DNA from: Octopus bimaculoides
Taxonomy: Eukaryota
Assembly: GCF_001194135.2 (NCBI RefSeq)
Contig: NC_068982.1
Span: 107,144,064-107,208,063 of the forward strand
Reading direction: 5' to 3'
DNA length: 64,000 nucleotides
Of the stretch, positions 12,451 through 25,120 are shown in pieces (within the stretch, counting starts at the first letter, position 1; each line of letters opens with the position of its first letter). The translations under genes were made by a program, and so were the position numbers. The notes below the pieces were generated by a model that was not told the DNA's origin, ran no database searches, and worked only from the letters and a program-made list of their open reading frames with translations.

Positions 12451-13200
12451 CCCACATATATGAAATAATTATTTGATAAAACTATAAAATATTTTTAAAA
12501 AAATGATACCTCTAAAATATTCATTATTAATTCACTAAAATCAACTTATGAATAATCAAAAATAAAAGTTCACACTTATTTGTTTATTTCTTTTTTCTTT
12601 TTAGTCACAGCCATATTTTGTCTGCAAAACATTGAATAAGTTACTTAAAAGGAGCCAACTCAGTATTTTATAATGATCAGAAATATTGATTTAACCCTTT
12701 CGTTACAATTTTTCTATCTAAATTACATTCCAATGTGTGTTAACTAAATTCTAAAATAATCGTAAATTCAGTCTGGTTTCGTAAAATAGTTACTATGTTT
12801 TTATCAATGAATATATTAAAGTGCTTTTTTTTTCATAACTTAAAAGGTTCGTCTATAAATCTATTATGGATTTTGTTTCAAAACTACTTTACTTGCAGGT
12901 AAAACCTGTGCTATATAGTTATTTAAATTTTGTTTAAATATCATCGTAAAAAAATGAATTATGATTCAAAATATTTCATAGACTACTGAATCTCCATTAT
13001 CATACTTTGTGGGGAAAATGCCTTAATTTAGTCCAGTTCATTCTCTTTGTTTATATTTTGCATAACGATTGTTCACCGACGTTATTATATGGAACATTAG
13101 AACTGGAATAAATCAAAGTTGTAACAATGAGTAATGTTAGATGAATGAGAACGAAAACTTTCAGTTTTAGGTGTTCATTTGTTTTATTTTCACGAATTTA

Positions 13201-13375
13201 CACTGTCTCTCTTGTTTACCAGGTACTTTGTGGCAATCTCTTGTTACTGTATTGCAAACGCATAGCCTTCATAGTGTGATGTAATGTAAGGGTTTTGTGT
13301 CCAAGAGAGGCTGCGCTTAGTGTCAATTCTACTGTCTTCTTCAAGCTTCCGGGCAACATTACTGTTCCAAGAAAA
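13201..13375 (-). mobile_element. Inverted upstream piece of the same R4-clade element
   Basis: Minus translation NVARKLEEDSRIDTKRSLSWTQNPYITSHYEGYAFAIQ*QEIATKYLVNKRDS. Its last 76 bp duplicate 11627-11702. Confidence 0.75.
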
Positions 13376-13989
13376 GAGAATTAAGTTATGTTGACTAGTA
13401 CTGTTTATGGCAGAAAAAAGAAAATGATGTTCAAGAGAACACTAGAAGCGTGTCTGAGGAAGTGGTGAGTGTTTTAGAGGTAACAGTGACAGTTCTTTTC
13501 ATAATCCAGCATTTTGACAGTCTGAACTGTGGTTACTTCCAAGATCGAGAATTTGCCGGCAGTTACTCTTCGTTGCTTACGTTGCTAACTTCCTGATGTA
13601 CCGTTTATCATTCAAATTTTCCTTTACTTTGTCGTAAGATCTGGTCTCTTATAGAGTCCCAGAACAAATCTTATCGGAGAGATCTGTGATGACGTCATCA
13701 CTCAAAAATCCAGGATGTGTTTCTTGTAATTTGATTGGCCAGATTTTCGCTGACGTAATCACTCAATTTGAAAGATCCTATTTGTTCCTTTACGCACACA
13801 TTTCCAGAGAAAGCAGGAGAGCTTGAAATTTAGGTAGAGACCTGCTATAAGTAAGTAATAATTAGGTGCAGTTTCTAAAAATTTTCGAGAAAAAGCAATG
13901 TAATTAAAAATTTTTCCGCCCGTTGTTTTAAGAATATTTATATATGCTGTAATATGTGTATTTACAGAATGAAGTGTAGCGTTGTAACA

Positions 13990-14125
13990 TAGGAAGACCT
14001 AAAGACAGGGATTTGTTTGGTGTGAGAGGCGGCGTGAGGTTTTGCCTACTTAGAGAGACTGGTTGGTGGGATAGGTGATAGTATGATGGACTGGCACAAT
14101 GTGAGTTAACCAATCGCATTCGAGT
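13990..14125 (-). mobile_element. Possible Penelope-like GIY-YIG endonuclease remnant
   Basis: Minus frame TITYPTNQSL*VGKTSRRLSHQ resembles the YVGxTxRxLxxR half of the GIY-YIG motif. Short and degraded. Confidence 0.3.
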
Positions 14126-14129
14126 TTAG

Positions 14130-14195
<66 letters not shown>

Positions 14196-14433
14196 NNNNN
14201 NNNNNNNNNNNNNNNNNNNNNNNNNNNNNNNNNNNNNNNNNNNNNNNNNNNNNNNNNNNNNNNNNNNNNNNNNNNNNNNNNNNNNNNNNNNNNNNNNNNN
14301 NNNNNNNNNNNNNNNNNNNNNNNNNNNNNNNNNNNNNNNNNNNNNNNNNNNNNNNNNNNNNNNNNNNNNNNNNNNNNNNNNNNNNNNNNNNNNNNNNNNN
14401 NNNNNNNNNNNNNNNNNNNNNNNNNNNNNNNNN

Positions 14434-14465
<32 letters not shown>

Positions 14466-15254
14466 GTCTTCTATTTTTTTGTCTTTTACTTGTTTCACTC
14501 ATTCGATTGCGGCCATGTTGGAGCACCGCCTTGCGGAGTTTTTAGTCAAACGAATCGACCGAATCTCTAAGTGATGGGCACGTAAACAAAATAGCACCGA
14601 TTGCCAAGTAGTGGTAGCGAACGAACACCGACAAAAAGGCACACACACACGCACATATATGGTGGGCTACAACACTGTAAATTTACTTTTTTACTTAAAT
14701 TTTACGGTAAAATAAATTAGCAATTTATATTTAGTTCAAAATAACTAATTTGCTCATATTGTTAATACTTTCACATGAGAGTATTAACGGTAGGAGCAAA
14801 TTATTATATCAGGATGATTTGTACAGTTTACTCTTTTACTTCTACATAATGTTGCACTAATAAAACTTAGCTTTAATGGTTTATATTTAATCTTGCTTTC
14901 CAATCTACGAATATTGGCTGTTAAAGGAACATCGTAAAAATTCTTTAAATTCAGCTTCACACTCCAAAATTTTCTTTTTCCATATTTGTATGCGTATTTT
15001 TGAATGCATGATATAATGGTTTTTAAACGCTATGCTTTAATGAGAATCTAAAAATAGCATTTAAGGTTTTAAAAGATTTGTCATGAAGATGCGTTGTCAC
15101 CAATGTTGTGAGGTGCTTGTTTACCAATGTCGTGATGGTTGCTTGTTTGTGTGTGTTATACTGTTAAAGTCCATTGTCATGTGGTCTAGCTCGCTGCTGT
15201 ATAAAATAAACGAGTTAACTCACGACCTTTTAACTTTTAACATATTTAATGCAG

Positions 15255-15347
15255 GACATGATCTACTGCGTTGGCTGTTAACAAAACAAGAAGCTGATTA
15301 TATAAACTCCGACTGGGAAAAGAGAACTGCACTGTATCTTGCAGCAG
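15255..15347 (+). pseudogene. Orphan ankyrin-repeat-like exon inside the DNase intron, opposite strand
   Basis: tttaatgcag|GA CAT... translates GHDLLRWLLTKQEADYINSDWEKRTALYLAAG, matching ankyrin consensus GH..vv..LL..gAdvN..D..grTaLhlAA. It ends either at a TAG or at a non-canonical CAG|gctag donor (93 nt, phase 1-1). Confidence 0.35.
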
Positions 15348-16519
15348 GCTAGCTGTGGTACATCATGCCTAAGTGTCCGAAGTCATTTCGTGCTCAGGCT
15401 GGTCTGTCTGAGTATCCAAGGTGGTCTGGTCTTAGCGGTCAGCTTTCTGTGATTACTCAAGTGGTGGTCTACGAGAGTACCCGAGGCCGTCTGGCTTAGC
15501 GATCTGCTGAGGCTATATGGCGGATTTAGGCACCAAATAGTTTTTAAAGGGTGAAAATAGGACGAATTTTAGATCACCCGAAGAGCAATATAACGTCACA
15601 GGCTCAAGCTGATTGGTCGATTTATAGATCAATCACGTGAAATTGTGGTGGCTCACTCGTGATCCTTAACTAAATATCTTTAATAAAACACAGTAACAAA
15701 TTGTTTTCTTGAAATTAAGAAAGAATTTCAGCTTTAAAACATTCCATGCAAAGTGCACTAGCAATTTTACCATGAAGTCAAAAAGACTGAGAATCGCTGA
15801 TATAATATGTGTAGGTATATAAGGTGAATGAATATATATATGTATGTATGTATGTATGTATATCGAGAACAAATTTTTATCAGGCTTAATTGATTAAAGA
15901 TGTAACTTTGCACTTTGCTCTCATATATTGTATTTTACCTTTTCACCAACTTATTTCCAACGAGATGCCAGCAATCAAGTTGAAGTCAACTAATCTGGAC
16001 AAGGTTATAGTTGTGTCACCGCAATAGCCAAGCGACATATTTATTAATTAAATTTTAGTTTCTTTCTGCTAAGACGAAGCAATTTTTAATATTTAAAAGA
16101 AAGGCAAGTGATGTGACGCCCCAAGAGAGTTAATGATATGAAAGAAATGAAATAGTTTCTATGGAGAATTAAAAATGCTTCCTGGACTCGATTCACCAAA
16201 AGTTTACTTCTTCTGCAGCGTTCGTCATTGTATTCTTTAAATATTAAACTTACTTTCTTTTAATACAAAATATATCGCACAAATCGAAAATAGGAATGTT
16301 GTACTGGCAAATCAACTCAAGCCACAGGCAGTAATTTAATACCTTCGAGCCGAATAAAAGTAATTCTATCAATTTAATAGTTATTCAGTTATTTCTTCTG
16401 ATTCCACTAATGTACGGCTTGGTAAAGTAGTGGTATCATCCATGACATTTTCAGGCATCACACAAAGTGGTAGTGTTGAGGCTCTGGAAGAACGATTTCG
16501 ATTTTTTTTTAGCCTGTGA

Positions 16520-17315
16520 CAGGCAGATTTGGTGTTCAAGAACGCAGAAACGTATGCGTCTCACGATTTAGTGGCACTATTCACAACCCAATGTGTTCTC
16601 ACGCAGTCATCTAGGTGGAGAATTTTCTCTCGGGATTATTGTCACAGCAGGAGATCTTCTCAAATCCAAGTGTGCTAGAGTGAGTTAAATATGACTGCAT
16701 GAATATATTTTATGCAACGCTGCTTCGTGCGATTGAATTCTAGCTTGACCAAGCATTACACTCTTCAGCATATGGTGTTTCAATATAAGAACGAACGTGT
16801 TCTTTTTCGGGTTGTTTAGAGCAGATTTGGTGTCCGTAGCTGACGATGAGAAAGAATGCAAATATATGTGAAAGCCCAATGTGTTTTCACATATATCATT
16901 TAGTAGAAGAATTTTCTCCCGGAACTATTTCTACAGCAGGTCTTCCCATGTCCGAGTGTGGTTAATATTGCTTTACACAAATATATTTTACTCAAAGCTA
17001 CTTCGTGCGACTTTATTTATTTGATTCAAGCTTGATGAAGCTTCATGCTCACTAGCAAACAAACTGTTCTAACATAAGAACGAATTCGTTCTTTTCGGGT
17101 TACGAAAGGCAGATTTAGCATTCGAAGCTGACAACACAAAAGAATGCAGAAAACCATGTGTCCTGCGATCATGTGTCATTCACAACCCCAGTGTATTTTT
17201 ACTCATATTGTCTGGGAGGAAAATTTTCTCTCGGAACTATTTCCGCAGCAGAAGATCTTCTCAAGTTTAACTGTACTTGAGTGTGTTAAAATAACTTTAC
17301 ATGAATATATATATT
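16520..17315. repeat. Diverged tandem triplet, unit about 280-310 bp, third unit cut by a SINE
   Basis: Anchor gcagattt at 16523, 16821, 17109; aattttctc at 16621, 16910, 17222; cttcgtgcga at 16723, 17001; ataagaacgaa at 16785, 17074. Confidence 0.8.
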
Positions 17316-17319
17316 TTAT

Positions 17320-17525
17320 CTCTTATTTGTTTGAGTTATTAGTCTGCAGCCATGCTGGGGCACTGCCTTGAAGAATTTTAGTCGAACGAATCGATTCCAG
17401 TACTTACATTTCTAAACCTGGTACTTATTCTATCGTTCTGTTTTGCTGCTCCGTCAAGTTACGGGGATACAAACGCACCAACACCGGTTGTCAAGGGATG
17501 GTTGGGAACAAACATAGACATAAAG

Positions 17526-17601
<76 letters not shown>

Positions 17602-17727
17602 CGACTTACAAGGCTTTGATCAGCCCACGGTTGCAAGTAGAAGACATTTGCCCATGTGGTTCCCAACCACATGGGCAAGTGTCTTGTGATTGGAAAACAA
17701 ACTCTTTTATCACAGCCACGCACGCCT
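17320..17727 (-). mobile_element. OR/CORE-like SINE with long internal (CA)n
   Basis: Same tail and CORE-like segments as 7605-8027. Confidence 0.75.
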
Positions 17728-17929
17728 GTGTGTGTGAATGTGTGAGTGTGTATGTGTGTGTGTGTGACTGTGCATGTGTGTGTGTGTGTGTGTGTGTATA
17801 CATGTTTATACGTATTGTGTACATATGTATGCATGTACATGAATATCAAATAGATGCTTGAACGAAATAAAAGTAAAAAGATGAGACAGAAGCATGGAAA
17901 AAGCGAGTGAATGAGTGGGGGGAGAAAAG

Positions 17930-17960
17930 ACAGAACTGTAGTAGTAGTAGTAGTAGCAGT

Positions 17961-18004
<44 letters not shown>

Positions 18005-18035
18005 TAGTAGGAGGAGGAGGAGGAGGAGGAAGAGG
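17930..18035. repeat. Compound trinucleotide (AGT)n(AGC)n(AGT)n(AGG)n
   Basis: Direct reading. Source of spurious poly-T/A/P ORFs. Confidence 0.95.
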
Positions 18036-18626
18036 AGGTTGAAAATCTACAGAAAGAAGGGAGGTTAGCAGAGTAGATTTATTCACGTATTAACTAGCAG
18101 GTAGTTTTCATTTTAAGCAGTCATAGATCGTCAAAGATAATTGAAACAGATTTTTTTCAGATAAAGGGAAAGGGCAAGGGAAGAATGTATTCTCTCTTTT
18201 AATGGTAATTCAAACAATACGGTAGGGAGTTACGTCATAACCTGCTGTAGTCAGGGGACGATTTCAGTCTCCAGCTTATAAAACTTTTCTAACTGCTTGC
18301 TTCTCAAAGGAGTAATTCGAATAAATGCATGCTTAAGCTAAGTGATGAGAAATAGATATATTAAGAAATTAATGGATAGATGAAAGATAGAAAGATAACG
18401 ATTAAGACTTAGCAATTAATACGGAGTGATGACATCTAGTTTGAAGAGTGGTGTATGTGCGACTACACGTAAGAGTATTTGAGTGTGTGTGCGTGTATGC
18501 TTGTAAATGTGTGCGACAATTGAGATTGAGAGTATTAATATAATTAAGGTGAGTATACGTGCATTGGCACTTGCGCGAAGAATCACACATGGGCACCTGC
18601 GTGTTTGTGTGAAAGCTTATATATAT

Positions 18627-18661
<35 letters not shown>

Positions 18662-19635
18662 NNNNNNNNNNNNNNNNNNNNNNNNNNNNNNNNNNNNNNN
18701 NNNNNNNNNNNNNNNNNNNNNNNNNNNNNNNNNNNNNNNNNNNNNNNNNNNNNNNNNNNNNNNNNNNNNNNNNNNNNNNNNNNNNNNNNNNNNNNNNNNN
18801 NNNNNNNNNNNNNNNNNNNNNNNNNNNNNNNNNNNNNNNNNNNNNNNNNNNNNNNNNNNNNNNNNNNNNNNNNNNNNNNNNNNNNNNNNNNNNNNNNNNN
18901 NNNNNNNNNNNNNNNNNNNNNNNNNNNNNNNNNNNNNNNNNNNNNNNNNNNNNNNNNNNNNNNNNNNNNNNNNNNNNNNNNNNNNNNNNNNNNNNNNNNN
19001 NNNNNNNNNNNNNNNNNNNNNNNNNNNNNNNNNNNNNNNNNNNNNNNNNNNNNNNNNNNNNNNNNNNNNNNNNNNNNNNNNNNNNNNNNNNNNNNNNNNN
19101 NNNNNNNNNNNNNNNNNNNNNNNNNNNNNNNNNNNNNNNNNNNNNNNNNNNNNNNNNNNNNNNNNNNNNNNNNNNNNNNNNNNNNNNNNNNNNNNNNNNN
19201 NNNNNNNNNNNNNNNNNNNNNNNNNNNNNNNNNNNNNNNNNNNNNNNNNNNNNNNNNNNNNNNNNNNNNNNNNNNNNNNNNNNNNNNNNNNNNNNNNNNN
19301 NNNNNNNNNNNNNNNNNNNNNNNNNNNNNNNNNNNNNNNNNNNNNNNNNNNNNNNNNNNNNNNNNNNNNNNNNNNNNNNNNNNNNNNNNNNNNNNNNNNN
19401 NNNNNNNNNNNNNNNNNNNNNNNNNNNNNNNNNNNNNNNNNNNNNNNNNNNNNNNNNNNNNNNNNNNNNNNNNNNNNNNNNNNNNNNNNNNNNNNNNNNN
19501 NNNNNNNNNNNNNNNNNNNNNNNNNNNNNNNNNNNNNNNNNNNNNNNNNNNNNNNNNNNNNNNNNNNNNNNNNNNNNNNNNNNNNNNNNNNNNNNNNNNN
19601 NNNNNNNNNNNNNNNNNNNNNNNNNNNNNNNNNNN
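18662..19635. other. Assembly gap (others at about 14196-14433, 20834-20957, 33390-33583, 40084-40475, 41728-42091, 52190-52419, 53973-54491, 55554-55801, 59898-60595, plus several 10-N gaps)
   Basis: Runs of N, nearly all abutting microsatellites or repeats. Confidence 0.99.
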
Positions 19636-19684
19636 TTACATTTATAATATGTGTTTGTAATTATATCTCTTTATAAGAGCGGTA

Positions 19685-20369
19685 TGTGAGGAAGGAGAGT
19701 GAGAGAGAAAGAGAGAGGGAGAGAGAGAGAGGGAGAGAGAGAGGGAGAGAAAGAGGGAGAGAGTGAGAAAGAGAGAGAGCGGGAGAGATTGTTTGGTTCT
19801 CTTAGTATTTTTTAAATTGCTTTTTCTTTTATTTATAATCTGCATTTGATCAAAGCGCTAACACTTAACATTTATGAACTATACCTACCTACCAACCTAC
19901 CTACCTACCTACCTACCTACCTACCTACATACATACATACATACATACATACATACGTATATACGTACATACATACATACATACACACACACAATATATA
20001 TATATATATACATGTTACATATGTATATGTATATACATATATTAATGTGTGTGTATGTGTATATATATAAACATACACACACCTATATATATATATATCC
20101 ACACATTTACGCACATTTATATATTCAAGTACACATACACACACGTACACACACACACATACGCATACACACGCACACACGAGTTCAGAAGAAATTTTAA
20201 GTGTTGCCGCTTGATCAAATGCAAATTTAAAATGAAAAGGAAATACTAAAAGAACCAGACGAGACATTCTCTCTCTATCTGTATCTCTCTCTCACTGTCT
20301 CTCTCTCTCTCTTACTCGTTACATTATATATCCATTTATCCATACATATACATACATATGTGCATGCAT

Positions 20370-20436
<67 letters not shown>

Positions 20437-20490
20437 TACATACATACATACATACATACATACATACATACATACATACATACATACATG
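19685..20490. repeat. Microsatellite cluster (GA)n, (CCTA)n, (CATA)n, (CA)n
   Basis: Direct reading. Confidence 0.95.
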
Positions 20491-20507
20491 CATCATGCAC
20501 ACGCATA

Positions 20508-21284
20508 CAGGTTCTAGTTCAAAACGGGGGCACCAGTTTTCATTTATATTTTATGTAGTGTTTTTGGTACCGAAAGACTTTCAAACTTCGTATACTTATC
20601 TATTTTGTGTTATAGAACAGAACAAAATTTTTGTATTCGAAGTTATTTCATGTAAAAAATTGTCTTATTTCGATAATTTCAACCAATCACTGACAAGTAT
20701 TCAGCTGTTTGCAGTTACTCCTTTGGCAGTTTAAGCGGTGTAAAGCATATTTAATCTCCATTACTTCTGACATTTTGCAGAGAGGCAACACACGTGTGTT
20801 CGTTTTCCTTCGTTTTATCTTTAATATAATTTCNNNNNNNNNNNNNNNNNNNNNNNNNNNNNNNNNNNNNNNNNNNNNNNNNNNNNNNNNNNNNNNNNNN
20901 NNNNNNNNNNNNNNNNNNNNNNNNNNNNNNNNNNNNNNNNNNNNNNNNNNNNNNNNNGCCTATAATAGAAAGGTTTATTAGCTACTGCCAATGTGCTTCA
21001 GCCATTTTTTGACAAGGAAATAATAATTTTATCACCGCCAGAATCGTTTGAGAATCGTTTGTTTACGTAGTCAGCACTTACTGTATTCGGCTGAATGGAC
21101 GTCAGTCATTGGTTGAAATTACAGAAATGCGACAACTTTAACATGAAATAAGTTGCAATATAATAATTTTTCTTAAGAAGACTAAGAGAAAAAGATGTTT
21201 TATATGACACATTCTACCAGTGTCCCAAGTTTCAAAGTGTTTCGTTAAGAAAATACTGGCGCCCCCGTTTTGAACTAGATCCCG
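20508..21284. mobile_element. Tc1/mariner-type MITE (contains an N gap)
   Basis: TIRs caggttctagttcaaaacgggggcaccagt (20508) and actggcgcccccgttttgaactagatcccg (21284). TA at the left flank. No ORF. Confidence 0.75.
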
Positions 21285-23634
21285 CATACACACACACACA
21301 TATATATATACATGTAGACAGCTATGTATACACACATATATACATATATGCATATAACAGGCTTCCGCCCAGTTTCCGGTTGATAAGTTTCACCAACAAG
21401 TTATTGATCTACCCATGGTGACAAAAGAAGACACTTGCCCAAGAGGTTGAAAAATTAGATTGAAACCAGAACTATGAACCACGTGGTTCTCAACCAGATG
21501 GCTATGGCTGCCCCCAAGGTTACAACAGAAGACGCTGGCCAAAAGGATGCACAATTAGATTGAAACCAGAGCTACGAACCACGTGGTTCTCAACTAGATA
21601 GCTATAGTTGCCCCTATGTCATAATCCAAAATATTTAGATTCACACTAATCATTATGTGACTGTATAAATCTTTCGACAGCACTCTCGTAGTTGAACTTA
21701 ATGTTTGGGGAAATGAATGCAGCATCTTATTACTATAAAATGAACGATGGAATGCTTGAAAAGCTGTGTGAATAGGGTGAACGTGGGTGGATATTGGAAC
21801 CAACATTGTATTGTTATTTGTTCCTTTGTGACTCAGCCAACAATCTTGCAGCTGAAACCGAAATCATATCAGTTGATGATATGGGAATACTATGCAAAAG
21901 GAATACTCTATAGGTGTTTCTTTCTATCTTGTCATTGTATGCCTACTGTCATCTTTTTCACAAAACTGGAGTAGCTATAGCTACTGCTAGCGTCTACGAC
22001 TGTAAAAATAAAAATACGAAAACATATAATTTATGCAATAGATAATTTATTTGAAATTCACGTAAAGATTTTGAAATATCTACAATGCTAAGAAACAACT
22101 TAAATTTCTCTATGACGGAGAGAGAGTGAATAAATATTGAATCCTAATAGTAGGATATTGTATTCTAAACCGAAAGTATTTTCTTCAAGGAATGAGTATT
22201 TCAGATATTGGCGTTCATAGATGTTTATCACAGAATGAATATTATTCAAACTTACGATAATAGTTTGTGCGAGTTTCCCAACAGTTAGTGAAATGGTCGC
22301 CTACAATCTATTCCACTGCAGTAAAATCAGAGGCATTTTCTTTCTTGTGTATGCAATAAATTATTTTATACACCCATATCTCAGACAAAAAAAATGATGT
22401 TAAAGCTTTGATGAAAATAAACACTAGCTTTGAAGCATATTGTCTGGATCGAAGTTTCTATCATATATTTAGCGGGTGTGATCGTGTAATTGCATTGAGA
22501 GTGGGTTACAAATAGACAGGAATATGTTTGTCATGTATTTTGAGAGGAGTTGTGAAAAAGGGAAGCGAATGTGTCTTCGTTTAAAGGAGTGCTACTGATT
22601 ATAGAACCAGTTAGAGAATTGTTCTAGGGAATTATGTTATGACGAACACCACTAAGTCTTAAATAGTCTATAAGTATAATGATATCCTATTAATTATGAG
22701 TTCTGATGGCACATTATTTAGAAGAGTGAACTCTTAAAGAAGCATACAGAGAGGGATGATATTTCCTTCCATAACTATAAAACAAAAATATCTTAACAGA
22801 GTTAAAGAGAGACGATTTAATATGTGTGTATATATGTATAAGCAGAATAAGCAGTGTGTTTGGCTTCTACCAGTGACCGCTACATTACATTACTCTTTTC
22901 CAATCTTAAGAGAGAAAGAAGAAATAAAAATATTATAAATAAATGAGAAAAAAAAATGTTAAGATCCCAAAGTACGACGGGAAAAGTAGGTTTTGCACTT
23001 TACGTGAATAGTACAACATAATTTGTAGTTACCTAGAACTCGGGGCGAGATATAATCTTATAATTTATGTCATTTCATACAACATTGAACAATGCTAAGG
23101 TATGATGCAAGTGTCGAAAATATATACCGTACGTTCACACCTTTCAATCCAGATGAAATACTCCCAGCCAAACCACAACAAATGCAAGAACTACACACAT
23201 GAAATTACTGTGTTTAGACGAAAATATATCAAATATATGATTTTGAAAGTTAGCAACTCAGTTATCCAATTAGCTATCCAGACCTTGGTTGAATATTCCA
23301 CAAAATCAGTGAAAAGGAGGCATTGACTGGCAATTGGTACATAATCTGCAATTTCGAATTTATGTTTACATATAAATATTCGTACATTTGGTGTTGTATT
23401 TCTAAACAAAAACAAAAAACGAACATATATTTAATGCATGTTTCGGTAATCTACTCTGTAAACTGAATAGAAAGAAGTAAAACTATTTAGAGCTTAACTT
23501 TAAATAGTTCTTGGCTAAACTTTATTTTGATAACTTTGTTTCTAAGGTGTTGGCCAATTCCTTTATAGGAGACATTTGAATAGAAGAAAAAGAGAACATA
23601 CACACAAAGAAACACAGCTACATATATATATATA

Positions 23635-23677
<43 letters not shown>

Positions 23678-23682
23678 ATATA

Positions 23683-23718
<36 letters not shown>

Positions 23719-23860
23719 TGTATGTATGAATGCAATAACGCATAGATAGAATAATACATGCAGACGTTCAGCCATACATATTTATGTATGCCGTGGGTTA
23801 ACCAGTCAATTTGTGTGAGGTTTATTTGGTTCCAATGAATGTTTCTCTCTGTTGTTGTTG

Positions 23861-23925
<65 letters not shown>

Positions 23926-24509
23926 GAACACAAAATCACAAAATAATTGACATTCAACCAAACTCGACAAGGTCACAGGCCACCTTCTTTATATTATCAT
24001 TCTCAAAAGCTCGTTTACCAAAGATTGCAACAGTATGCGAATGAAATAATGTCATCGTCTAAATATATTTACATAAGAAACAATTGTAGCGTTTTTTGTT
24101 GATGAATCAGGATTTATACTATTTCTGTAAAAAGGCCAAAATAAGATCTCCCAAAAGGTTATATGACAATGATGACGAATTACTATAGTATAAAATTTCT
24201 GGGATGTATTTTCGGCTGGTACCAACAAGTAACTTTCAAATATAACAAGTGTAAGTTGACCTGGTAATTAGAACTAATCTGCAGAGATGAGGAAGAAACA
24301 CCAGAAGCTACATGACAAAATATCATCCTAAACACAGAACACAATCGAAACACGAACCATGACAACATCAGCACAGTCTCGATTACTAACTCATCATTGT
24401 GTGTGCATGTTTATTAATGCCTTCAGTTAAGAGTGTCTGCTTGTTTGTTTGTTTGTTTGTTTGTTTGTTTGTGTGTGTGTGTGAGTGTGTGTGTGTGTGN
24501 NNNNNNNNN

Positions 24510-24562
<53 letters not shown>

Positions 24563-24879
24563 CTGGAGGTTATGTGTATGTATGTATTTTCTGTCATTCA
24601 ATCTGTCAGCTGCTTTTCTAAACTATTATGTTTCATATTGATCACTGAACTTGTTACTAAATTTGAAGTAAATGACTTACTTGATTAAGTTAACTACTTG
24701 TTTTTTAAATGTCAATTCTTTCGTTTAGACGTCTAGTCAAGAGTAAGGGCAGATGTCACACCTAACTCTCTAGATTCCAGGATATAGATTTCACGTATTA
24801 ATCTTTATTTCATGACCTTGGGATCACTGAAAAGACTAAACTTCGACACTTCAACAAAAAGGGCAAATCCGAAAATCAT

Positions 24880-25120
24880 AAATGTGAAGGCGCATGGCTT
24901 ACTAGGTTTGGGGTACTGGATTCAAGATCGTGGTTTCGATTCACAGACCGAGTGGAGCGTTGAATTCTTGAGTAAAACATTTCGTTTTATGATGCTGCTG
25001 TCCACTCAGTTGAAAATGAGTACCTGCAACAGCTGGATGTTAACCTTCCGACAAATTTGGGATGGATATTGTACTCTTATTCACTTATACGCTATGGGAA
25101 ACGGGTAAGTTTTGGCCTAA
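24880..25120 (+). mobile_element. Old tRNA-headed SINE of a third family
   Basis: gcgcatggctta...ggtttcgattc head followed by ctgtccactcagttgaaaatgagtacc, a central domain shared with the 34898-35200 copy. Confidence 0.55.

Noticed and set aside
21421-21614. About 100-bp tandem duplication
   Set aside because: A local duplication inside a decayed CORE-SINE head; no independent significance.
24040-24125. Minus-strand STKNATIVSYVNIFRR resembling DNase I SNATLVSYIV.I..RYD
   Set aside because: In-frame stop, no QE motif, no upstream AFN motif; the true exons 1 and 2 already cover these residues. Treated as chance.
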